Both the position numbers and the translations under genes were made by a program. Below, piece by piece: positions 38,768 to 49,347 of a DNA stretch of 64,000 bases. This DNA is from an uncultured Acidobacteriota bacterium. GTDB taxonomy: Bacteria > Acidobacteriota > Terriglobia > UBA7540. How positions within the stretch are numbered: position 1 is the first letter of the stretch; each line of letters begins with the position of its first letter. A model generated the notes under the pieces. It did no database searches, was not told the origin of the DNA, and saw only the letters and a list, made by a program, of their open reading frames with translations. The stretch is from positions 1,632,001 to 1,696,000 of the forward strand of contig CAWDSK010000003.1 in the NCBI GenBank assembly GCA_963804995.1, written 5' to 3'.

Positions 38768-40753
38768 TCAGCTCTGGATGTCTTTCTCCAGTAAAGAAAT
38801 TATCTTGTCGGTGTCGTAGACGCAGCCTCCCCACACGCCTCCGCTGGCCTGAACCAAAGCTGCCCATAGACGCGTGTCTTCAGGAAGCGAGGGATGCGGA
38901 CGCAAATCAGGGCGTGGCTCCCGCTGCGCCAGGCGGCGCGAGCCTTCCTCGGCGCCGAACAGTTTCGTGCACGTCGCCCACGAGATGAAGAGAGCCGGTC
39001 AGGCGTTTGCGGTCGATCACAATTTCGATCCGGTCGCCCTCCTGAACCTTTCCAATCGCTCCGCCGGCCAGCGCCTCCGGCGAGATATGACCGATGCAAG
39101 CTCCGGTTGAGACGCCGCTGAAGCGCGCGTCGGTAAGAACGGCTACATGCTTGCAATGTGGGAGTTGTTTTAGCGCGGAGGTGATCTGATAAATCTCCTG
39201 CATGCCCGCGCCGGCCGGACCGCCGCAGATAAGCACGATCACGTCGCCCTGCGCGACCTCTCCGTTCTTGATGGCCTGAATCGCGGAGGCTTCCGTCGTA
39301 AAAACTCTGGCCGGACCGACATGCCGATAGACGTCGTTCTCATCGATAAGCGAAGGATCGATGGCGGTGCTCTTGATGACGGAACCCTCCGGCGCCAGAT
39401 TGCCCACGGGAAAACAGACGGTCGAGCCGATTCCTTTCCGACCGCGCTTGATCGGGCGTCATAATCACGTCGTCCGGATCGATGCCGTCCTGCTCTCGCA
39501 GGCAGCGGCGTAATTCCTGGCGGCGAGGGCTCGCCTGCCACCAGTCCAGGCAGGTCGCAAGCGTTTCTCCGGAGACGGTCTTGACGCTGGTATCAAGAAG
39601 TCCGGCCCGCCGCAGATGCAGCATCACTTCCGGTACGCCGCCGGCGAGGAAGACCTGGACGGTGGCAAAATTGCGCGGTCCATTCGGCAGGGCATCCACC
39701 AGGCGCGGCACCTGGCGATTCACCTCCGCCCAGTCGGAAGCGACAGGCCGCCGCAATTTCGCTGCAAACGCGATGGCCGGAACATGCAGCAAAAGGTTGG
39801 TGGAACCACCGAAAGCCGCGTGGACCACCATGGCGTTCTGGATCGCGGCCTGCGTCAATACATCGGAGGCGCCGATTTGTAACTGATGCAGGCGCAAAAT
39901 AGCCCGGGCTGAGCGGCGAGCGGCGTCGAGCCAAATGGGCTGGCCGGAGGGCGCGAGCGCGGTGTGGGGCAGCGCGAGTCCCAGCGCCTCGCCGACCACC
40001 TGCGAGGTTGCCGCGGTACCGAGAAACTGGCATCCGCCCCCGGGAGTGGCGCAGGCGCGGCAGCCAACCTCTGGCGGCGTACTCCAGGCTGATCTGGTCC
40101 TGAGCAAAGCGCGCGCCCAGGGTTTGCACCTTGGCCGTGTCCTCTCCGGATTCCGGCAGAAGCGTAACCCCGCCGGGGACGAGAATGGCTGGGAGTTTTT
40201 CCCGAGGATGCCAGCGCCATCATCATGGCGGGCAGGCCCTTATCGCAGGTGGCAATGCCGATGACACCTTTGCCGGTGGGCAGAGAGCGCATGAGGCGAC
40301 GCAGCACGATGGCGGCATCGTTGCGAAACGGCAGCGAGTCCAGCATGCCGGTGGTGCCCTGAGTGCGTCCGTCGCAAGGGTCCGTGCAGGCGCCGGCAAA
40401 GGGAATCGGCGCGCATCGCCTTCAATTCCCGCGCCGCTTCGGCCACCAGGAGTCCCACTTCCCAATGCCCCGTGTGCAGGCCGAGAGCGATGGCCTCTCC
40501 GTTGTCGGCGCGCAGGCCGCCATGCGTGCTGAGAATGAGGAATTCGGGATCAAGGAGCCTTGCCGGGTCCCAACCCATGCCGGCGCTCTGGGTCAAGCCG
40601 AAGAGATTTCCCGAAGGCTCAGTGAGCAGCATCTCTGCGGATAGCGGCAGGAGTCCGGCAGGGCCCGGCGCATGGGTGGCCACGCGGCAGAGGCTGTGGT
40701 CGGCGTGTTTCCAAAACGGAGGTGAGTGAGATCGTTGCGATCGGAAAACTCAC
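38768..40753 (-). pseudogene. YjhG/YagF-family D-xylonate dehydratase (IlvD/Edd family) broken by at least six frameshifts
   Basis: Consecutive fragments in changing frames: [72 protein letters not shown]. Confidence 0.8.
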
Positions 40754-40780
40754 TTTCAATCAAGTTAGGGATACAGCGCA

Positions 40781-42034
40781 CTAGGCGTCCGCGTAAACTT
40801 CCCCCGCGAGCAGCGCTTTCATCTGCCCAAGCCCCTTAGATCCCGCCGCCAGCATGCAGAAGGCAGCGAGAGCCGGGCACACGCCGGCCACGATAATCGC
40901 CGGCCCGAAATGCTTTAGCGGCCCGAGGATGAGTCCGGTTACAACGGGCGCCGCGGCACCCGCCATCTGGGAGAGCGTGTTCAGGTAGCCGATGGTCCGC
41001 CCTACCATGTTCTTTGGCGGCACGTGTTGCGAAATCGCCCAGAAGCACGTATTGCCGATTCCGGTCGCGCACATCGAAAACGTGAGGATGGGCAGCGCCC
41101 AGGACCGATCCGGCGTCACCAGCAGCAGCATAATTGCCGCCGTCCCGATATATCCCACCACTGCAAACCACACGCGTGCCCGGAACACTCCGATGCGGGC
41201 CGCCAATCTATCCACCGCTGAGCCCGCCAAGACATTCACGACGGCCATCGTAATCAGCGCCGTTGAAACCACCCTTCCCATTCCAAGATTTGAAAACCCT
41301 CGGGAGAGAATCAAATAACTCGGCACCCAGGTCAACACGAAATACCAATAATAGGATGACAGCAGGATGGCCAACGACATAGCCCAAAAGGTTGGATTGG
41401 TCAGGAGCATGCGCCAAGTCCAGCGCCGGGGCGCAGCGAGATCATCAGCCGCCTTTTCCGCCTGACGCACGGCGCGGGTTTGGTCGGGCGGCGTGGCAAG
41501 CAGCCAGCCTGGCAGCCAGATCAGCGCCCCTAATCCGGTAATGGCGAACATCATGCGCCATCCAAATCTGTCCAACAGAATGGCTCCCACCAGCGCGCCC
41601 AGTGCGGGTCCGATATTCTGGCCGGCAATATAGATGGAGGTGGGCAACCCCTGATCCTTTCCCGCAAAATTACTTCGGATGAAAGACAAGCTGGCCAGCG
41701 GAGCGATGGATTCAGCGAGGCCCAGCGCCATACGCAAGCCGATGATGTCCGCTGTCCCACGGCTGAGAGCGATAGCCGCTGAGGCTAGCGACCAGACGAG
41801 GAAACCACCCGCGTAAGCCCGGCGAATGCCGAAGCGGTCCACGAGGGCGCCGGCGGGAATCTGAAAAGCGGCATAAGTCCAAAAGAAGGCGGAGAGCAGC
41901 ACCCCCATGGTGGCGGGCGTGATGCGGAAATCCCGCATGATCGAGGGCGCGGCGATGCTCAGGTTGCCGCGATCGATGTAGCAGATCACGATACCGAAAA
42001 AGACGAGCGCGAGGACAATCCACCGGCGGTTCAT
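40781..42034 (-). CDS. MFS transporter (ACS family, sugar-acid type)
   Basis: YIDRGNLSIAAP, SAFFWTYA.FQIPAG.LVDRFG, about 12 TM segments. Confidence 0.9.
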   Translation of the reverse strand: MNRRWIVLALVFFGIVICYIDRGNLSIAAPSIMRDFRITPATMGVLLSAFFWTYAAFQIPAGALVDRFGIRRAYAGGFLVWSLASAAIALSRGTADIIGLRMALGLAESIAPLASLSFIRSNFAGKDQGLPTSIYIAGQNIGPALGALVGAILLDRFGWRMMFAITGLGALIWLPGWLLATPPDQTRAVRQAEKAADDLAAPRRWTWRMLLTNPTFWAMSLAILLSSYYWYFVLTWVPSYLILSRGFSNLGMGRVVSTALITMAVVNVLAGSAVDRLAARIGVFRARVWFAVVGYIGTAAIMLLLVTPDRSWALPILTFSMCATGIGNTCFWAISQHVPPKNMVGRTIGYLNTLSQMAGAAAPVVTGLILGPLKHFGPAIIVAGVCPALAAFCMLAAGSKGLGQMKALLAGEVYADA

Positions 42035-42043
42035 GATGCCTGG

Positions 42044-43207
42044 TCACTCTTTTGCAAAAGCGGCCTTGGCCGCTTGCATGAACGCGTCCCGGCTTTTGGC
42101 GCCGTCGCCGGGGAAGCTCGCGTGCTGGACCATCCAGATAAAGACCAGGCCATGCTGGGGATCGATGGTCATGTTCGTGGCATATGCGCCGCCGTGGCCG
42201 AAATCTCCTTTGCCTACACTCCAGCCGAAACCGTAACTTGTGGTGAGCGCCTCCGGAGTTTGCCGGCTGGTCATTTGCTTGATGGCCGCCTCCGAGAGGT
42301 AGCGCTTCCCATCCAACGTGCCGCCATTGAGGATCATTTGACAAAACCGGGCAACGTCCGAAGCGGTTGAAAAAAGGCCTCCGGCGGGCATCGGCTGGCG
42401 GGTCCGGTCGGTAAGCGGGTAGCGGAGTTGCGTCACCGTGGTCTCCTCGAGACCGTTTTTGGCCGCGTTCGCTTTGTAAGATTTCGCGAGGTGCCGGACT
42501 TGCTTGGAGTTGGGCCAGAAGGTTGTGTCCTTCATCCCCAGCGGTCCGAACAGGCGCTGCTCCATGAACTGTTCGTACGGCATCCCGCTTACCACCTCGA
42601 TGATACGGCCGGCGGTATTGATCCCCTCGTTGGAATAGGCGTACTTGCTGTCCGGTTCGAACTCGAGCGCTTGCATGGCGTAGCTGCGAACGCGCGCGGC
42701 GAGGGGCAGCAGGTCAAGGGTCGGCTCCTCAAGCGGTGAGCTGAAGGGCAGTCCGCTGGTGTGGCTCAGCACATTCTTGACGGTAATGGGGTGGGCAGGC
42801 CGCTTCAACAATACGTGTTCCTTGTCTTCCTCCACCTTCAACCACTGGCCTTTGAACTCCGGCAGATACTTCTCCACGGGATCGTCCACGTTGACCTTGC
42901 CCTCGTCCACCAGCATCATGAAAGCGGTGGCGGTCATGGGTTTGGACTGCGACGCGATCCAGAACAGCGCGTCCGTCCGCATCGGTTTCTGCGTGGCCAT
43001 ATCCATGTAGCCGACGGCCTCCAAGCTAAGCACCCGGTCACGCGACGCCACCAACGTCACGGCGCCCGCCAAAGTGTGGTTGTCGAGGTACGGCTGCAAG
43101 GCGGCGGCAATCGTCTGCGGCGATTGAGCGGCCGAATGACGGGCCGGCGCCGCCCAGGCAATGGCAACGAACACCGCCAGCAGCAGACCCATGGAGCGGC
43201 GAATCAT
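42044..43207 (-). CDS. Exported serine hydrolase (beta-lactamase/penicillin-binding family)
   Basis: SQSK (SxxK), LSHTSG, YSN, GLFST, HGG; signal peptide. Confidence 0.9.
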   Translation of the reverse strand: MIRRSMGLLLAVFVAIAWAAPARHSAAQSPQTIAAALQPYLDNHTLAGAVTLVASRDRVLSLEAVGYMDMATQKPMRTDALFWIASQSKPMTATAFMMLVDEGKVNVDDPVEKYLPEFKGQWLKVEEDKEHVLLKRPAHPITVKNVLSHTSGLPFSSPLEEPTLDLLPLAARVRSYAMQALEFEPDSKYAYSNEGINTAGRIIEVVSGMPYEQFMEQRLFGPLGMKDTTFWPNSKQVRHLAKSYKANAAKNGLEETTVTQLRYPLTDRTRQPMPAGGLFSTASDVARFCQMILNGGTLDGKRYLSEAAIKQMTSRQTPEALTTSYGFGWSVGKGDFGHGGAYATNMTIDPQHGLVFIWMVQHASFPGDGAKSRDAFMQAAKAAFAKE

Positions 43208-43337
43208 GGTTGACCCTCCTCCGGCAATTTTCGAGCGCACCGTCCAATAAATCCCAGCACGGTTCATCATCAGCCCCCTCAAAGAATAGCGACCGCAGCA
43301 CACACTATACGGACAGGCTCCTCATTTTCAACGGATT

Positions 43338-43637
43338 TTAGCGAGTCTTCTCGAATGCCAGCTTCTGCCCCTGAGCGCCATGGAAGATGTGCAGAATTTC
43401 CGTTACTCGCCGCGTATGGCGGTAGTAGATCAGGTATTTCCCGGCCGGAAAGCATCTCACCCCGGCGGCGATGTCCTCCGCGGCCCTACCGGCGTGGGGG
43501 TGTTCGCCCAGCAGCCAGAAACGCTCCGTGATGCTGTCCATCAGCCGGTCTGCTACTTTCAGCCCTGCCCGCTGTGCCCAATATAGGAAAATCTCGTCGA
43601 GATCCCGCTCCGCGTTCCTGCTGACACGAAAGCGCAT
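43338..43637 (-). CDS. RelE/ParE-family toxin
   Basis: AERDLDEI..Y, P..GR, YLIYYR, ILHIFHG. Confidence 0.88.
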   Translation of the reverse strand: MRFRVSRNAERDLDEIFLYWAQRAGLKVADRLMDSITERFWLLGEHPHAGRAAEDIAAGVRCFPAGKYLIYYRHTRRVTEILHIFHGAQGQKLAFEKTR

Positions 43638-43981
43638 TATGGGGTTTCCCGGGCAAGAAGCTTACGCCCCCTCGCCTTCGCCCCGTCTGCCAGTTTCTTC
43701 AGCCCTTCGCGCCCCTCATATTCCCTGTATTCCCCTGCCTCGATTGACGCGATGCTGGCCCGGACACGTTGCCGAATGCCAGCGAGCTGTTCCGCGGTCA
43801 GGTCAGATACAAGATCCTCAGCGCTAGGGCTTGCCAGGCGCAGGGTTCGGGCGTCCTCCTCTTCCATCCTCCGCAAGGCATCCCGAACCACCTCGCTCGC
43901 ATTGTTGTACCGCCCGCTCTTCACCTTTTTGCGAACATATCCGGCGAGACGATCGGTGATCGACACATTCATCTGATCCAT
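43637..43981 (-). CDS. ParD-family (RHH, CC2985-like) antitoxin
   Basis: MNVSIT...VKSGRYNNASEVVRDALR; TAATG coupling to the toxin. Confidence 0.9.
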   Translation of the reverse strand: MDQMNVSITDRLAGYVRKKVKSGRYNNASEVVRDALRRMEEEDARTLRLASPSAEDLVSDLTAEQLAGIRQRVRASIASIEAGEYREYEGREGLKKLADGAKARGRKLLARETP

Positions 43982-44023
43982 CCGTTACCCCCCGACCGTT
44001 GCCTTGACCGGTTCCACGTCTCC

Positions 44024-44062
44024 AACTTACCGGAAGATCGAAGCCATGTCAAACTTTGACAT
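44024..44062 (-). promoter_or_regulatory. parDE promoter with overlapping palindromic operator
   Basis: TTGACA-N17-TAAGTT; perfect inverted repeat ATGTCAAA-C-TTTGACAT at 44046-44062. Confidence 0.65.
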
Positions 44063-44067
44063 TCGGA

Positions 44068-44177
44068 GGTAGTGGGTCAATTTGATGTAGAGGCGGCGGC
44101 ATTCATCCCGATCTGATCGGGACGCCGCCATTTGGCGAGGTAAACTCGCCGCTACGCCATCAAATTAACCCACTACT
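44068..44177. mobile_element. Candidate 110-bp MITE
   Basis: Terminal inverted repeats GGTAGTGGGTCAATTTGA / TCAAATTAACCCACTACT; 8-bp direct repeat CATTCGGA at 44060-44067 and 44178-44185. Confidence 0.7.
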
Positions 44178-44231
44178 CATTCGGAAATACCATTCCGCCC
44201 AAAACTCAAGCGCATCGTTATCCTGCCTCTG

Positions 44232-44310
44232 CAATTTTAGATTTGCGATTCTCGATTTTGGATTGGTGGGGCAGCACGGCAATTTTGGATTCTCGATTTT
44301 GGATTTTAGG
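44232..44310. repeat. Heptamer tandem arrays (GATTTTG/GATTCTC type)
   Basis: Two runs of imperfect 7-mers. Confidence 0.6.
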
Positions 44311-44363
44311 GCGCGAAAAACCGTGGGCCCACAAAACAGGTCCGCGCTACGCTTGCTCCTCCG

Positions 44364-44591
44364 TCATTTGCCAATTGCTTCCAGAAATTCTTCCACGGTC
44401 AACCCCGCTTTAGCGATCAGTGCACGCAGCGTTCCGCGCGCAACTTCAGGATGATTGGGAATAGATAGAGTGGCGATGTGGCCAGTTCTGGTGAGAATGA
44501 TATGGCTGCCCCGTTGGCGCGCTACTTCCCAGCCTAGCTTTTGGAATACCCCTATGACCTCCCGAGGGCGAAGCAGCGGAACGGGCGGCAT
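44364..44591 (-). CDS. hicA: HicA-family toxin
   Basis: GW...RQRGSHIIL, IPNH.E...GTL...I..AG. Confidence 0.9.
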   Translation of the reverse strand: MPPVPLLRPREVIGVFQKLGWEVARQRGSHIILTRTGHIATLSIPNHPEVARGTLRALIAKAGLTVEEFLEAIGK

Positions 44592-44797
44592 CAGCTTACA
44601 ACTTCCACTTCGCGCGTTGTGACCGTCAGGGGCAGGCCCTTCTCAGCCCGAACCTCGAGGCATTCCCTGATGGCCGCTCGGATGTTTTTCTCCGCTTCAT
44701 CTTCCGTTCTTCCCTGACTTACGCAGCCGGGGATGGACGGACATTCAGCTATGAAAACGCCGTCTTCGTCCGGGTAAATGGTGATCAGCAGTTTCAT
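44591..44797 (-). CDS. hicB: Short HicB-family antitoxin
   Basis: DEDGVFIAECPSIPGCVSQG.T..EA..NI..AI. Confidence 0.9.
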   Translation of the reverse strand: MKLLITIYPDEDGVFIAECPSIPGCVSQGRTEDEAEKNIRAAIRECLEVRAEKGLPLTVTTREVEVVS

Positions 44798-44982
44798 CTC
44801 AACTCCTGGCTCCAATTATCGCACAATTTGTTCCCCAAAGTTCTCTCCCCGCCAATCGCGGACGGGCGCAGACGGTCGCTTTAAGGCAGCAAGTGTAGCG
44901 ACCTGATTTGGAGGTCCGTGGCTTTTTCTGGTCAATCCCGGACGAACCGCTGACCTCCAAATCAGGTCCGCGCTCGCCCCCT

Positions 44983-47556
44983 TCACCAAGAAAAGAGCAA
45001 ATCACCTGTAATGTCGTGGACCACCAGGCGCCTTCCTGACTCCTCGGTTGCATACTCGAGGCGCTTCGCGGTTTCAAAGAAGCTAGCGTGCGCCTGACCG
45101 CTTTCCATTCGGACGGGTGGGCCGGCGGGCCGAATCTCGGGACAAAAATGCACGGTCGCGTTCTTCAGGCCCGTCAACATCATGCGCCGCCGGACGCCGA
45201 TCTCCTCGGAGATTCTCTCCACACAGGAGATTTCCCCGTCGTCGGCTTGTTCGACGAAGCAGCGGCACTCGCGGTGCCAGGCGCGCGGCATGCTGTAAGT
45301 CGAATGCCCGTTCTCGAGCCAGGTTTCATATCCATGCAGCATGGGAGCGCCGTGCGGGAACTTCAGACGCAGGGTCACCGCAGTCGAAGGGCTGTAGCCG
45401 GAAAAGAAAAACCCGTTGTTACTCCGGGCCACAAGCACCAGCGGGTTCCGGCTGTCGACCGTGGGTCTCTCCACCCGCAGCTCGTACCCGAACTTCGCCA
45501 GCATCGCGCGCATCAGGTACTCCGCCTGAAAATGTTGTTTGGGATCGTCGGGTTGGGGCAAGTATGCGTGGGTAATGGTGGACGAGAGGCTGCCGCGCAC
45601 CCACGCCAGGCGCCCGCTGCCGACCGTGCGTGTAACGGCAAAGATACGCTCATTCGATCCGTCTGAAACCGTAGCGCAGGACTCGAACCCCGCCACCTCA
45701 GGCTTCTTTAGGACCGTGTCAATGCCGCCGTCCGATAGGATGTCGCGATGAAGCATGCGGGTGGCCAGATTGCCGTGTTTGACCGTGTCTCCAGCCAGGA
45801 AAGACCGCACCTCAAGTTCGCCGCTGAGGGGTGATGCCAACTTTAAATTCAGCAAATCGAGAAGCGCCTGGCCTGCGCTCGCGACCGACCCGTAAAGGAA
45901 AACATCGTGCCCACGGTGCAGGTGCTCAAGCAAAGCGCCCTCCCGTGGGCTGCCCTCGCCAGGAACGGGCGTCAGCAGAATAGTGTTCTCATAGACCTCA
46001 GGATTCACGGCGCGCGAGGCCAGGAAGTTATCGGTCGAGACGACGGTGTTCACGGGCAGCCCTGCGCTCACGGCGTTGCGCATGAACCAGTCGCTGAAGA
46101 ACACTCCCCCGGGCTGGGGTGAGTTTCCGAACACCTTTTCATGGAATTCCTGGAACGGATAAACCCAAGTGAGCAGGCCGGGCTGGTCGGAGAAGTGATC
46201 CATGGCCAGAAGCAGGTGCGGCGTCACCTCGTTCGGACACTGGTCAGGCAGCTCGCCGTAAGTGCTATCAATCGTCAGGAACTCCAGGAACGACGGTCGC
46301 GTGACCTTGCCTTCCCGGTTCAGGCGCGCCAGCGCCAGCGGCAGGTAGATGTCGTGGGGCTCATGCCCATAGCGATCAAACCAGGGACTATTCAGCCACC
46401 AGGGGTCATGCGTATAGAAGCGGAAAGGGAATACGTCGCCCGGGGGCAGATGCGCGATGTGCGAAAGATATCCGCTGACCTCCAGGCCAAAGTCGCCGTC
46501 AATGGCGGCCCAGGGTGAGTTGGGCGGGGCGACCATGTTGAATCCCCCGTCGTAGATGTCGCGAATCGGCGAGGCGCTCGCGCTCAGGTCCGCACCGGTG
46601 GAAAGATTGCTGCCGCGGCATTCCACGCGATAGGACGGGCACTCCTTCCGAAAGGCTTTCCAGAAGCCAATCACCTTCTCGCGAATGTCCGCCGCCTTTT
46701 CAGGGTGGAAGGCCTCACCATCGAAGAGCGGACCCTTCACACTCCACGCGGTGGCGGAGAAACCGAAACCGTTCGAGAACCAGATGTAATCAAATCCCAG
46801 GTCAGCAAGGAAATGCTGCACCTGGCGGCCGAAAAACGTGCCGAAGGGTGTGCCGGCGGGAATACCCTGCGGGAAGGCGGCGTAGGTAACTGAGTCCCCG
46901 TTGAGAGAAGAAGTGCAGTCAACCCATTGCCCCTTCAGAATCTCTTTATGCCGGTCGTACTTGAACGGGGAGCGCGCGAACTCCGGGCCGGGGTCGAAGG
47001 TGGCGCCTACCACGACCGGCTTGCCCGTCATCGTTTGTCCGACGCTCTTGAAGGTCTGGACAATCTGTTTCAGTGTGCCGTAGGTAATCTTCGGCGGGTT
47101 CTCCATGTAGAGCCGGGCCTGCTCATGGATATTAATCTTGGAGGGATCGGCCTGGGGGGGAGGCTCGACAGGGTTTGCAATTCCGATGTAGCGGGCCCAC
47201 TCGATCTCACCGCTCATTTGCCCGCGGTAGTCGAGGATTTCGGTCCCGTCCGCGGTCCAAAGCATCACCGCGGTCCCGTCCGCGCGCCGAAGCAGCGCCG
47301 CCCACTGCCGGAACACATGCTCGCAAACCCGCCGGATAGCTTGCGGTTCGATGCTGCGAAAGGGCTTCAGGCTCAACTCCAGCGTCACACGCTTGAACAC
47401 GCTGGGTTCAGTCCATAACGCGTGCGGGCTCGCGGGCAACGGCTGCACCTCGTAGTGACCCTGGCCGAAGAGAGGAAGCACCGCAGCGCCGCCCGCCGTC
47501 AACTTCAACCAGTCCCTCCGGGAAATCATCTCGTGGTCAGATTTCATTTCTGCCAT
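44983..47556 (-). CDS. Large Tat-exported hypothetical protein (857 aa), possibly carbohydrate-active
   Basis: SRRDWLK Tat motif, AGGAGGGTGG RBS region, long aromatic-rich ORF; no family recognised. Confidence 0.8.
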   Translation of the reverse strand: MAEMKSDHEMISRRDWLKLTAGGAAVLPLFGQGHYEVQPLPASPHALWTEPSVFKRVTLELSLKPFRSIEPQAIRRVCEHVFRQWAALLRRADGTAVMLWTADGTEILDYRGQMSGEIEWARYIGIANPVEPPPQADPSKINIHEQARLYMENPPKITYGTLKQIVQTFKSVGQTMTGKPVVVGATFDPGPEFARSPFKYDRHKEILKGQWVDCTSSLNGDSVTYAAFPQGIPAGTPFGTFFGRQVQHFLADLGFDYIWFSNGFGFSATAWSVKGPLFDGEAFHPEKAADIREKVIGFWKAFRKECPSYRVECRGSNLSTGADLSASASPIRDIYDGGFNMVAPPNSPWAAIDGDFGLEVSGYLSHIAHLPPGDVFPFRFYTHDPWWLNSPWFDRYGHEPHDIYLPLALARLNREGKVTRPSFLEFLTIDSTYGELPDQCPNEVTPHLLLAMDHFSDQPGLLTWVYPFQEFHEKVFGNSPQPGGVFFSDWFMRNAVSAGLPVNTVVSTDNFLASRAVNPEVYENTILLTPVPGEGSPREGALLEHLHRGHDVFLYGSVASAGQALLDLLNLKLASPLSGELEVRSFLAGDTVKHGNLATRMLHRDILSDGGIDTVLKKPEVAGFESCATVSDGSNERIFAVTRTVGSGRLAWVRGSLSSTITHAYLPQPDDPKQHFQAEYLMRAMLAKFGYELRVERPTVDSRNPLVLVARSNNGFFFSGYSPSTAVTLRLKFPHGAPMLHGYETWLENGHSTYSMPRAWHRECRCFVEQADDGEISCVERISEEIGVRRRMMLTGLKNATVHFCPEIRPAGPPVRMESGQAHASFFETAKRLEYATEESGRRLVVHDITGDLLFSW

Positions 47557-47642
47557 ATCCCACCCTCCTCACACCCGGCATCGGGCCAATCTCTCACACT
47601 GACCGTACGAATCCATTTTTCATCCCCAATTGTAACCGGTGC

Positions 47643-47782
47643 GTAGCGCAGACCTCCGCTGTTGAGGTCTGCGTCTCTTCTTGGGAAAAACCGTAAATCT
47701 CAACACCTGGGATTTACCCACGGGATCGGGAGCGCGAGTGTAACGAAGAACCGCAGACCCCAACGCCGGGGGTCTGCGCTAC
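47643..47782. repeat. REP-like doublet GTAGCGCAGACC...GGTCTGCGCTAC
   Basis: Two inverted hairpin arms. Confidence 0.75.
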
Positions 47783-47847
47783 GATTGCCTTTGCTCGTGA
47801 TTTCTTTCGCCCCATGCGGGGCTCAGGAGGTTGTTCGCCTTTCGCGG

Positions 47848-49347
47848 TTACGCCTTGACGATGACTGATTCGATCCCCAAGGCATCGCCGACCCGCTTCA
47901 GCATCTCCGCGTGGTGACCGATCCCCAGGGCGAAGTGATGCGTGGGACCTTCCGCTACCCAGGCTTTGAAGAACGTGCGCGCATCGGGTTTGAAATAGCC
48001 GCGCGTGTTGGTGTTGCCCGTGGGCGGAATGGGACCACGTCCCGATTCCCCTTCCGCAATCACGAATTTGAATTTTCCATCGAACTTCTGGGTCACACCC
48101 AACATGGTGATGGGGCCTTCCCGAATCTTGAATTCGACAGACACCCCGGAACCCGGCTTGCCGTGATACTTCAAGAGGCTGCGCAGGAGCGGCCGGCCCT
48201 CCGCGATGTTGAGGTGGTGGGGACCGTCGTGCCCGACCAGGATAAAGTCTTCTTCGAAATCCATGGGATGGAACTCAGCAAACGATCCTCCGATTTCCAG
48301 CCGGTCCATGATGAGCATGCCCACGCAGGTCTTCAGATCAGCCTCACCGCACATGGGGAATCCCGCCGCGGTCAGCAGAGAATTTCCCACGATCAGGTTC
48401 GTGGCTAGTTCCCTGGCCTCCGAGCCCGGGCGGGCGGCATAGTAGTAGGCGAGCCCGTCCAGCGCGTAGCGGTCGACGAACTTATCCAGCGCCAGGGCCG
48501 CACGGGCAGCCGGATATAAATCTTCGTCTGTGACCTTGCGGGTAATCGGATCACTCTCGGGATCAGGAAGTTCGAAGAAGGCGAGGATCTCCTGTTTCTT
48601 CTGTTCGATCTCCTCCGGTTGGAGGGTGCTTTGCTGTTCCAAGAGATCGTCAATCTCCGTCTGCACCACATGGATGCCGAACTGGGCGGTGAGCGCCGTC
48701 TGGTCCGCATGCATGTCCAGCATCGCCTCAATGGGATGGCCGAAGTGCCCAATCCGCGCCCTCCTGACGCCGTTGAAGACCTTCGCGATCTGGCACCACT
48801 CGCCCAGTTCGCGATCAGCCCGCGCATCCCCGTACAGGTGGCCGATCACCATCTCGGGCGGCTTCCTGCCCATACGAATCGTGGCATTCACAAACTCCGG
48901 AATGGCACAGATGTTGTCGTTCGCGAGCTGCATGTAAGTCGACGCCTTATCGTAGGGCATCGCCTTCAAGGGCTGCAAGGCCAGGAGGACGATGGGCGCC
49001 TTCAGTTCGCGAGCATTGATGCCGAAGGTCGAGCTGCTGGCATAGGTGGCCATGTTAACGAAGATCAGGTCCGCATCGCAGGCCAGGATTTCCTTGACCT
49101 TCTGGTAAGCCGTGGCCGCGTCATCCACCATCCCGAAGTCGGCAACCGTGACGCCGTGGGACTCAATTCTCCGCACCAACTCCTGGTGGTGGCCCATCAG
49201 CTCCGTGAGCAGGCCCTCGAATTGGGCCCAGTAGTCCTTGTGGCCGACCGCAAACAGCCCAACCTTTGCGGTCAAAGGCTTGCGCCGCTTGATGCGTACC
49301 GGCTCAGCGCTTTTATCGTGATTCAGGGATTCATGGTTTTGGGTCAT
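47848..49347 (-). CDS. L-fucose/L-arabinose isomerase family protein
   Basis: GEADLKT, GSFAEFH, GHDGPHH, GPTHHFALGIGH. Confidence 0.88.
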   Translation of the reverse strand: MTQNHESLNHDKSAEPVRIKRRKPLTAKVGLFAVGHKDYWAQFEGLLTELMGHHQELVRRIESHGVTVADFGMVDDAATAYQKVKEILACDADLIFVNMATYASSSTFGINARELKAPIVLLALQPLKAMPYDKASTYMQLANDNICAIPEFVNATIRMGRKPPEMVIGHLYGDARADRELGEWCQIAKVFNGVRRARIGHFGHPIEAMLDMHADQTALTAQFGIHVVQTEIDDLLEQQSTLQPEEIEQKKQEILAFFELPDPESDPITRKVTDEDLYPAARAALALDKFVDRYALDGLAYYYAARPGSEARELATNLIVGNSLLTAAGFPMCGEADLKTCVGMLIMDRLEIGGSFAEFHPMDFEEDFILVGHDGPHHLNIAEGRPLLRSLLKYHGKPGSGVSVEFKIREGPITMLGVTQKFDGKFKFVIAEGESGRGPIPPTGNTNTRGYFKPDARTFFKAWVAEGPTHHFALGIGHHAEMLKRVGDALGIESVIVKA

